A stretch of 64,000 nucleotides of DNA from Mobula hypostoma (lineage: Eukaryota), in the NCBI RefSeq assembly GCF_963921235.1, contig NC_086109.1:13270001-13334000 (forward strand), in the 5' to 3' direction. Of the stretch, positions 49,279 through 59,331 are shown piece after piece. Numbering within the stretch: the first letter of the stretch is position 1; each line of letters opens with the position of its first letter. The notes beneath the pieces were generated by a model. It was not told the origin of the DNA. It did not search any database and saw only the letters and a program-made list of their open reading frames with translations. The position numbers and the translations under genes were made by a program.

Positions 49279-52016
49279 AAACATAGAAATCTACAGCTCA
49301 TTACAAGCCCTTTGGCCTACAATATTGTGCAAACACGTAAGCTACTCTAGAAACTGCCTGGAATTTCCCTGCCGCATAGCCCTCTATTTTTCTAAGCTCC
49401 ATGTACCTATCTAAGTCTCTTAAAAGACCCCATTGTATCCATCTCTGCTACCTTCTCTGACACCACTCTGTAAAAAACTTACCTCTGACATCTCCTTTGT
49501 ATCTACTTCCAAGCACGTTAAAACTATGGCCCCTCGTGTTAGCCATTTCAGCCCTGGGAAAAAAGCCTCTGACTATCCACGCGATCAATGCCTCTCATCA
49601 TCTAATACATCTCTATCAGGTCACCCCTCATCTTCCTTTGCTCCAAGGAGAAAAGGACAAGTTCACTCAACCTATTCGCACAAGACCTGCTCTCCAATCC
49701 AAGCAACATCCTTGTAAGTCTCGTCTGCATTCTCTCTGTAGTATCCACATCATTCCTGTAATGAGGGGACCAGAACTGAACACAGTACTCCAAGTGGGGT
49801 CTAACTAAGTTCTTATATAGCTGTAACATTACCTCACAGCTCTTGAACACAATCCCACAGTTGATGAAGGTCAACACACCAGACACATTCTTAACAACAC
49901 TGTCAACCTACGCAGCAGCTTTGAGTGCTCCAGGACATGGACCTCAAGATCTTGCTGATCCTCCACACTGCCAAGAGTTTTACCATTAATATTATGTTCT
50001 GTCTTCAAATTTGACCTACTGAAATGAACCACTTCACACTCATTGGGTTGAACTCCATCTGCCATTTCTCAGTCCAGTTCTGCATCCTATCGATATCACA
50101 CTGTAACCTCCGATAACCCTCCAGACTATCCACAACTTTTGTGTCATCAGAAAACTTACTAACCCACCCTTCTACTTCCTCATCCAGGTCATTTATAAAA
50201 ATCACAGACAGGAGGGGTCCCAGACAGATCCCTGAAAAATATCACTGGTCACCGTCCTCCATGCAGAAAATGAACCATCCACAACCACTCTTTGCCTTCT
50301 GTAGGCAAGACAATTCTGGATCCACAAAGCAAGGTCTCCTTGGATCTCATGCCTCATTACTTTCTGAATGAGCCTCTCATGGGGAACCTTATCAAATGCC
50401 TTACTGAAATCCATATATACCGCATTCACTACTCTACCTTCATCAACGTGTTTTGTTACAACCTCAAAGAATTCAATCAGACTCATAAGGCATGACCTGC
50501 CCTTGATAAAGCCACGCCAACTATCCCTAATGAGATTATGTCTCTCCAAATGCTCATAAATCCTGCCACTCAGGATCTTCTCCAGCAACTGGCCAACCAC
50601 TGAAGTAAAATTCACTAGTCTATAATTTTCTGAGTTATCTCTACTCCCTTTCTTGAACTAGGGAACAGCATTTGCCACCTCACAATCCTCTGGTACTTCT
50701 CCTGTTCCTATTGATGATACAAAGATCATCGTCAGAGGCCTCGCTTCCCACAGTAGCCTTGGATATATCTCACCTAGTCCCGGTGACTTACTTAACTTAA
50801 TACCTTTTGAAAGCTCCAGCACGTCCTCTTTCTTAATGTCTATACACTGAAGCATTTCAGTCAGTTGCAAGTCATCCTCACAATTGCCAAGGTCCTTTCA
50901 CTGGTGAATACTGAAGCAAAGTATTCATTAGGTACCTCCGCTACCTCCTCCAGCTCCATGCACATGTTTCTACTCTCACTTCTGATTGGTCCTGTTCTTG
51001 CACACCTCAGCCTCTTGCTCTTCACATACTTATAGAATGCCTTGGGGTTTTCCTTAATCCTGTCCGCCAAGGCCTTCTCATGGCGCCTTGTAGCTCTCCT
51101 AATTTCATTCTTGAGCTCCTTCCTGGTATCCTTGTAATTTTCTAGAACTCTAACAGTACCTAGTTTCTTGGAACTTTCATAAGCTTTTCTTTTCTTCTTA
51201 ACTAGATTTTCTATCTCCTTTGTACACCACAGTTCTTTTACCCTACCATCCTTTCCGTAACTCAATGGAACATACCTTTGCAAAACGCCATGCAAACGTT
51301 CTCTGAACATTTGCCACATTTCTGCATGCATTTCCCTGAAAACATCTGCTCCTAATTTATGTTCCCAAGTTCCTGCCTGATAGTATCATATTTCTCCATA
51401 CCTCAATTAAATGTTTTCCAAAATTGTCTGCTCCTATTCCTCTACAGCACTGTGATAAAGCAGATAGAGTTGTGATCACTGCCTCCAAAATCCTCACCCA
51501 CCGAGAGATCTGACACCTGAGCAGGTTCATTTCCCAATACCAGATCAAGTACAGCCTCTCCTCTGGTTGACTTATCTAAGTATTGCATCAGGAAACCTTC
51601 CTGAACACACCTAACAAACTCCACCCCATTTGAACCCCTTGCTCTAAGGAGATGTCAGTCATTATTCAGAAAGTTAAAAAATCACCCATCACAACAACCC
51701 TATTATTATTGCACTGTTCCAGAATCTGTCTCCCTATCTGCTCCTCGATGTCTCTGTTACTTTTGGGGGAGTTCTATAAAAATATCTAGTAGAGTTATTA
51801 CCCTCTTCCTGTTTCTGACTCCCACCCACAATGACTCAGTAGACAATCCTTGCATGACTTCCTCTTTTTCTTCAGCCATGATTCTACCCCTTAGCAGTGC
51901 CACTCTCCCTCCTTTTTTGCCTCCCTCCCTATCATTTTTGAAACATCTAAAGCCCAGCACACTCAGAAGCCATTCCTATCCCTGAGTCATCCAAGTCTCT
52001 GTAATGGCCACAACAT
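49279..52016 (-). mobile_element. CR1 LINE, 5'-truncated and degenerate, inserted in Tc1
   Basis: APE-to-RT CR1 motifs across ORFs 49602-51960; aaacatagaa tail; possible 5-bp TSD CACAG. Confidence 0.85.
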
Positions 52017-55000
52017 CACAGGTTTCTTGGTGGCCTCCCTCCCTAATCCCTTCCTTGCACAGTCAGTTAGTTTCAGAGGATGGCCTGCTCTAGACAGATT
52101 TACAGCTGTGCCATATTAATTACATTTCTTGCTCATTGACTTAGCTGTACTGACTTTTGCTTTTCAATAACCTGTGCACATAGTTGCCTGGAGTGTTCTT
52201 CAGTCTTCATGGTGTAAATTTTGCCGGGATACTGACTCGCCAACAGTTGAACCTGTCTGTCTGTATCTTGTTTTATGGCGGTTGGCATCCAGCTTAATGG
52301 TGCATTACCGCCACCCTCTGCTCCGGAATGTGCACTAGACATACATTCTAAATCCCTTCACCCAATCACACACACACACACACACTCACACACACACACA
52401 TATATACAAACCTACACTTCACCCTCCCACCTTTGACCATCCTAGTATCCTATTCCTGTTTATTCGTCATATTCTATAAAAAACCCCTGTACCCCTTAAA
52501 AACGCTAAAAATACCCGGACTTGTGCTCTCTCACCCATGCCCAGCAACCCTTTTAATGTGAATTCCTGCATCCCCAACTCCCTTAATTTATTTCTCATCA
52601 TCTCTCTCTGTATCTCCTCTTCCTGACATTCCTCACACAATCCTGTCTGGTGTTTCCGTATCATTTTCAATGTTTTGTTTAATGCACAATGCCCCAGCCC
52701 TAACCTAGTCCACACAATTTCCTCTCTTCTGTTTCCATTACCTACCCTAGTAACTGCAACACTCTTTTGTATTTGATATAAATGCCTCCCTTTCCTCTCC
52801 CTGTCCCATCTTTCTTGCCACATTCGGTTGACTTTTTCCCAGATTACACACTTAACCTCTGCTTTACTGATACTAATGTGCATTTCCACATTTTCTTTCT
52901 TTAACGCCCTCTTTGCCAACTCATCCACCCTCTCATTCCCCTTCACCCCTACATGTGCTGGAACCCATAGAAATTTTACCTGACCTCCCTGATTTGCAAT
53001 TCTTGTAACTAACTGAAGGACTTCATAAAGTACATCTTGCCGACTGTTTGTGTGAAAAGACCTTAAACTTGCTAGAACTGAGGATGAATCTGAACATATC
53101 AATGCTTTGGCTTGTCTGGCTTTCTGCACCCATTGACAACCAACACTGCCAGCATCTCCACTGTAAACACCCCTAACTTATTAGATGTTCTTCTGCTGAA
53201 TCCAATTTCTTTTGCTGGTATTACCACCCCAAACCCTGTCACTCCTGTTTCAGGTTCCTTCGCACCATTCGTATAAATGTGAGTATAATCACTATACTTT
53301 TCCATCACATGACAGTTAAATGCATTTACCAAATCTGTTTTATATCTTTCTTTCCTTTTTACCTCTAACAAATGCCAGTCTATGTCAGGCCATACAAGCT
53401 TCCATGGAGCTACAACCGGATAAACTACTGAAGGACTTATCCTCAGATCAAATACTTCACATTCTTTCGCGATATCATTCCCTACCCGACTAAAGGTATC
53501 CCTCTGAAACCTCCCATTTTCCCATGACTCCTGCAACACGCCTTTAGTAGGGTGAGAATCATTGTGCCCCTGCAAGTTAGCCCAGTAGTTTGCCATCAGT
53601 TGCATCCTTCTTAGTTCCAAAGGCATTATTCCCATTTCTACCTGTAGGGCTGACATTGGTGACGTTTTAAAAGCCCCACTGCACACTCTCAAGGCCTGAG
53701 CCTGAATCACATCCAGTTTCCTTATAAGAGACCTAGCTGCTGATCCATATACTATATTTCCATAATCCAATACAGATCTTACTAAAACCACATACATTCT
53801 CTTCAAAGCTGAACAACTTGCTCCCCATTCCCTACCAGACAAACATCTCATCACATTTATTACTTTTTTACATTTCTCCTCAACTTTCCTGATATGGTCT
53901 GCCCATGTTAATCGTGAATCAAATATAACTCCCAGAAATTTAAATGATGCAACCCTTTCTAATTCAACCCCATACATCCTTAACTTCTTCCCTACCTCAA
54001 CCCTTTTCCTGGTAAAAAATACAGTTTGAGTTTTATCTACTGAAAATCTACATCCCCAATCATAACCCCACTCCACCACTTCATCAATTGCTTCTTGTAG
54101 TTTCCTGATTATATGGTCCATGTTCCTGCCTCTTTTCCACAAGGCCCCATCATCCGCAAACAGTGACCTACCTATATCCACTGGTACCCTTGTGAAGACA
54201 TCATTGATCATAATGATGAAAAGTAATGGGCTAATTACACTACCTTGAGGTGTGCCATTTTCCACCATGTACTGTTTTGATAATTCTGATCCAATCTGAA
54301 CTTGAATTTTTCTACCAAACAAAAAATTTTTAATCCAATTAAAAACTCTCCCACCAACCCCCGTCTTGTGCAGCTTAATTAATAATCCTTCCTTCCACAT
54401 CATATCATAGGCTTTTTCAATGTCAAAGAACACTGCCACTACTGACTCTCTATTTGCCTGGGCCTTCCTTATTTCAGACTCTAACATAATCACTGAGTCC
54501 ATGGAATTCCTTCCCTTTCTAAAACCACTCTGATAACTTGCCAGCATTCCCCTTTTCTCAAGCTCATATGATAACCTTTCTGTTATCATCCTTTCCATTA
54601 TCTTACATATACTTGATGTTAATGCAATTGGTCTGTAGCTAGTGGGTTTTGACAGATCCTTGCCAAGCTTCCTTATTGGAATTACTACTGCTTCTTTCCA
54701 TGGACTTGGTAATCTTCCCTCCTCCCACACTCTGTTATAAAAATGCAGCAACTTCAAGAGCGCTCCTTCTCCTAGATTTTTTAGCATCACAGAGCATATC
54801 AGATCTTTCCCTGGGGAGGTTGGTCTTGATCTCTTTATTGCTCTCACCATTTCTGCTAATGTAAATGGATCATCAATTATATCATCTGTTCCTTCCCTCC
54901 TGTTTAACACACCTGGGTGTTGGCTCATTATTCTTTCCCTTCTTCTTCTCCCTTCTTCAGACAAATTTTCTGAACTGTGTATCAGTACAAATGACTTGGC

Positions 55001-55864
55001 CATGACCTCAGCCTTATCCCTACTGGAGACTGCAGTTTCCTCCTCAGATATCATTACTGGATATTCCCATTCCCTTCTATCTCTTCCCATCCTCTTAATC
55101 ATTCCCCATATCTCTCCCACAGGTGTTGTTCTTCCTAACTTGTCGCAAAAACTCCTCCAACTTGCCCTTTTAGCTTGACGTATAGTTCTTCTCACCACTG
55201 CCTGTGCTTTCTTATATTGAACCAAATGCTGCATATTATGGGTTCTTTTAACTAGCCTGAATGCTCTATTTCTGTTTTTTACAGCCTGACAACATTCCTC
55301 TGTCCACCATGGTACCAGTTTTCTATTCATCCTATTTTTACTCCTGGGTATAGATCCTTCTGCTGCCATGATAATTGCTGAAGTCACCTGACTGTTTAAT
55401 TCATCTACATTTCCAGAAATATCAATCTTTGTCAACCCTTCTTCACTCAACTTCTGGAACTTACCCCAATCAGCTTTTTCAAACACCCACTTTGGGGTTC
55501 CGCCTCCTGGTCTTACTTCAACTCTTTCACCCACTGAACACAAAACTGGGTAGTGATCACTGCCTACTGTTGAAGCAGTCCAAACTCCCCAGTTACTAAT
55601 GCCAGCCAAGGTATTAGACACTAACGTAATATCTAACACTGACTCAGTTCCTGTTGTTATATCTATCCTTGTGCCGCTACCATCATTCATACACACCAAA
55701 TCCCTTTCTTCCATCAAATCTTCAATTACCTTTCCATTTGGATCTGTAATCTGATCCCCCCATTTTGTGCTATGAGCATTGAAATCTGCACACCACACTA
55801 CTTTATGTCTGTTTTGTCCTTGTATCTTTAATATGCTGTCCAAATCCAACCTTTTACATGGATT

Positions 55865-57331
55865 TTATCACCCCTTGTTCAATCCCTTCCGACCTATGTT
55901 CGTGACACTTCTCACGCTCTTAAACTTTTCGATGATTTTAAGTTCCCTGGCCTCCACCGCTTTATTTTCACCATGGATGTCCAGTCCTTATATATTTCCA
56001 TCCCCCATCAGGAAGGTCTCAAAGCTCTACACTTCTTTTTCGATTCCAGACCTAATCAGTTCCCCTCTACCACCACTCTGCTCCGTCTAGCGGAATTAGT
56101 CCTTACTCTTAATAATTTCTCCTTTTGCTCCTCCCATTTCCTCCAAACTAAAGGTGTAGCTATGGGCACCCGTATGGGTCCTAGCTATGCCTGCCTTTTT
56201 GTTGGGTTTGTGGAACAATCTATGTTCCGTGCCTATTCTGGTATCTGTCCCCCACTTTTCCTTCGCTACATCGACGACTGCATTGGCGCTGCTTCCTGCA
56301 CGCATGCAGAACTCGTTGACTTTATTAACTTTGCCTCCAACTTTCACCCTGCCCTCAAGTTTACCTGGTCCATTTCCGACACCTCCCTCCCCTTTCTAGA
56401 TCTTTCTGTCTCTGTCTCTGGAGACAGCTTATCCACTGATGTCTACTATAAGCCTACTGACTCTCACAGCTATCTGGACTATTCCTCTTCTCACCCTGTC
56501 TCTTGCAAAAATGCCATCCCCTTCTCGCAATTCCTCCGTCTCCGCCGCATCTGCTCTCAGGATGAGGCTTTTCATTCTAGGACGAGGGAGATGTCTTCAT
56601 TTTTTAAAGAAAGGGGCTTCCCTTCCACCACTATCAATTCTGCTCTTAAACGCATCTCCCCCATTTCACGTACATCTGCTCTCACTCCATCCTCCCACCA
56701 CCCCACTAGGAATAGGGTTCCCCTGGTCCTCACCTACCACCCCACCAGCCTCCGGGTCCAACATATTATTCTCCGTAACTTCCGCCACCTCCAACGGGAT
56801 CCCACCACTAAGCACATCTTTCCCGCCCCCCCCCCTGCATTCCGCAGGGATCGCTCCCTACACAACTCCCTTGTCCATTCGTCCCCCCCATCCCTCCCCA
56901 CTGATCTCCCTCCTGGCACTTATCCGTGTAAGCGGAACAAGTGCTACACATGCCCTTACACTTCCTCCCTTACCACCATTCAGGGCCCCAAACAGTCCTT
57001 CCAGGTGAGGCATCACTTCACCTGTGAGTCGACTGGGGTGATATACTGCGTCCAGTGCTCCCGATGTGGCCTTTTGTATATTGGTGAGACCCGACGCAGA
57101 CTGGGAGACCGCTTTGCTGAACATCTACGCTCTGTCCGCCAGAGAAAGCAGGATCTCCCAGTGGCCACACATTTTAATTCCACATCCCATTCCCATTCTG
57201 ACATGTCTATCCACGGCCTCCTCTACTGTAAAGATGAAGCCACACTCAGGTTGGAGGAACAACACCTCATATTCCGTCTGGGTAGCCTCCAACCTGATGG
57301 CATGAACATTGACTTCTCTAACTTCCGCTAA
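55865..57331 (+). CDS. Penelope RT + Cys linker + GIY-YIG endonuclease; frame open from the insertion boundary to the stop (first ATG 55973)
   Basis: MDVQSLY, GVAMG, RYIDD, CKRNKCYTC, VIYCVQCSRCGLLYIGET, R..EH, GMN motifs; no stops. Confidence 0.92.
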   Translation, partial: LSPLVQSLPTYVRDTSHALKLFDDFKFPGLHRFIFTMDVQSLYISIPHQEGLKALHFFFDSRPNQFPSTTTLLRLAELVLTLNNFSFCSSHFLQTKGVAMGTRMGPSYACLFVGFVEQSMFRAYSGICPPLFLRYIDDCIGAASCTHAELVDFINFASNFHPALKFTWSISDTSLPFLDLSVSVSGDSLSTDVYYKPTDSHSYLDYSSSHPVSCKNAIPFSQFLRLRRICSQDEAFHSRTREMSSFFKERGFPSTTINSALKRISPISRTSALTPSSHHPTRNRVPLVLTYHPTSLRVQHIILRNFRHLQRDPTTKHIFPAPPPAFRRDRSLHNSLVHSSPPSLPTDLPPGTYPCKRNKCYTCPYTSSLTTIQGPKQSFQVRHHFTCESTGVIYCVQCSRCGLLYIGETRRRLGDRFAEHLRSVRQRKQDLPVATHFNSTSHSHSDMSIHGLLYCKDEATLRLEEQHLIFRLGSLQPDGMNIDFSNFR

Positions 57332-57625
57332 GGCCCCACCTCCCCCTCGTACCCCATCTGTTACTCATTTTTATGCACACATTCTTTCTCTCACTCTCCT
57401 TTTTCTCCCTCTGTCCCTCTGAATATACCTCTTGCCCATCCTCTAGGTCACCCCCCCCCCCGTCTTTCTTCCCGGACCTCCTGTCCCATGATCCTCTCGT
57501 ATCCCCTTTTGCCTATCACCTGTCCAGCTCTCGGCTCTATCCCTCCCCCTCCTGTCTTCTCCTATCATTTTGCATCTCCCCCTCCCCCTCCAGCTTTCAA
57601 ATCCCTTACTCACTCTTCCTTCAGT

Positions 57626-57663
57626 TAGTCCTGACGAAGGGTCTCGGCCTGAAACGTCGACTG
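57626..57663 (+). ncRNA. Minimal type I hammerhead ribozyme motif in the Penelope 3' pLTR
   Basis: UAGUC-CUGACGA-A-GGGU-CUCG-GCCU-GAAA-C-GUC^GACUG; predicted cleavage after 57658. Confidence 0.75.
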
Positions 57664-58098
57664 CGCCTCTTCCTATAGATGCTGCTTGGCCTGCTGCGTT
57701 CACCAGCAACTTTGATGTATGTTGCTTGAATTTCCAGCATCTGCAGAATTCCTGTTGTTTGCTTTTACATGGATTGTAGTAGTTAATTATAACCACTCCC
57801 TCCCCTCTCTCCCACACTTCCACCACTATGTATTCCTGATCATCTCTTTTTTCCAGTACCCCATATGGTATACCTTGCTTGATTAACATAGCACAACCCC
57901 CTCCTCACCCTAGATTTCTATCTTTCCTTATCATTGTATACCCATACACCACAAAGTCTAAAGTTGGTTTCAACCAAGTTTCTTGAATACACACTACATC
58001 CGGTTTTACAACCATTTCTTTAATAAAGTGCTTGAATTCCTGGCTATTGACCAGTAAGCTCCTTGCATTCCATTGTAAAAGAATCACCATAATTAGTA

Positions 58099-59331
58099 TT
58101 AACCAACACATGACACTTCCTGGCTTGACTGATTAGTGAGGTTCTCCCTCACTTCCTCCCATGTCAGTCCTACTAACCCTAAATGGTTTACTGCTGCTTT
58201 TACCACCAGCTGAATTTTGTCACTTTTTGACTTTACCTCAGCCGTACTGTTAATCACTCCTGTAATGAATGTTACTAGAGCCTTTTTGTCTACATAAATC
58301 CTGTCATTTGTTCTTTGTTGCATCTCTCGTATCCCTATTGCTCCCTGTTCATTAGGAGCATTATTCTGTTCTCTTGACATTCTTACAGCTTCTGCATGAG
58401 TGATCTTTCTTTTCACTCTTATTTCTTGAATTTTAGTCTCCCGTCTGACAACCTCACACCCACTATATGCAACATTATGAGCTCCTCCACAATTGCAGCA
58501 TTTTGGTTGAACTCCTGTTCCGCACTTTCCATATTCATGATCACCCCCACATCTAGCACATCTCCTCTGCCTTTTACAGTTTTTAGCCACGTGTCCAAAC
58601 CTTTGACAATTATAGCACCTCAGTGGCTTTGGCACATACACCCTTACTGGGTAACTCATGAAACCCAGGAGCACCTTCCTTGGCACTCTTTCTTCTTCAA
58701 ATTCAATCAATACTGATTCACTTTCCTTTTTCACTCCCTCCTTTGTTGTTTTCAGTCTTTGAACATTCATTACTTTCCCTCCTTTGATATTCCTCTTTAT
58801 CTCCTGCATATTTATACTCATTGGTATCCCCGTGATCACTCCTTTACAACCACTATTTTGTGCTCCCACCCTCCCAGTGTATTCCACCTTGCATTTTCCT
58901 ATCTCTTTCAGCTTGAGTGCTTTCTCAAGTTGTTCCTCATTCGCACATCTTACCAATAAGTTGCCATCATTAAGGACTTTTGCAAATACTATTTCCCCTA
59001 TCTTATTTGTCAGAGTTGTTCTTAGCACAAACAGGTTAATTTTCTTCATATGTCCCTGAGCCTTCTCATTAAACCTAATTATGACAACACCTCCTCTCTG
59101 AGCTTGTTCATCTTCCTCACTTTCAAAGCTTTCTCCACTATCATTTCTTATTCTTTTATTCCCTTTGTCTTGGTTTTTATTCATCCAACCCCTCACTACC
59201 TCCTCATTCCCTTTATTTCTCCCTTCACAATAATCCACCTCTCCCCAGCTGCCTACCTCTGGTCCCAAGTCTCTATCCCTCTCCTTCTCCACTTTCTTTC
59301 CCTCAACCCCACCTCTTATCTTGTCCGCCAT
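58099..59331 (-). CDS. LINE ORF1 gag-like protein with three CCHC knuckles (start uncertain; frame open further upstream)
   Basis: CYNCQRFGHVAKNC, CARCGGDHEYGKC, CCNCGGAHNVAYSGC; no stops. Confidence 0.88.
   Translation of the reverse strand: MADKIRGGVEGKKVEKERDRDLGPEVGSWGEVDYCEGRNKGNEEVVRGWMNKNQDKGNKRIRNDSGESFESEEDEQAQRGGVVIIRFNEKAQGHMKKINLFVLRTTLTNKIGEIVFAKVLNDGNLLVRCANEEQLEKALKLKEIGKCKVEYTGRVGAQNSGCKGVITGIPMSINMQEIKRNIKGGKVMNVQRLKTTKEGVKKESESVLIEFEEERVPRKVLLGFMSYPVRVYVPKPLRCYNCQRFGHVAKNCKRQRRCARCGGDHEYGKCGTGVQPKCCNCGGAHNVAYSGCEVVRRETKIQEIRVKRKITHAEAVRMSREQNNAPNEQGAIGIREMQQRTNDRIYVDKKALVTFITGVINSTAEVKSKSDKIQLVVKAAVNHLGLVGLTWEEVRENLTNQSSQEVSCVG

Larger units (their letters stand above)
55865..57761 (+). 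mobile_element. 5'-truncated Penelope-like element (Neptune-like)
   Basis: 14-bp TSD CTTTTACATGGATT (55851-55864/57762-57775). Confidence 0.95.
52467..58111 (-). pseudogene. LINE ORF2 (APE-RT-RNase H) interrupted by Penelope, a TGA at 57905 and a frameshift near 53130
   Basis: LQWNARSL, CIQETWL, GSDHYP, FFDIEKAYD, GTPQGS, FADD, WVPAHVGVKGNERVD; a 916-aa segment is uninterrupted. Confidence 0.92.
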
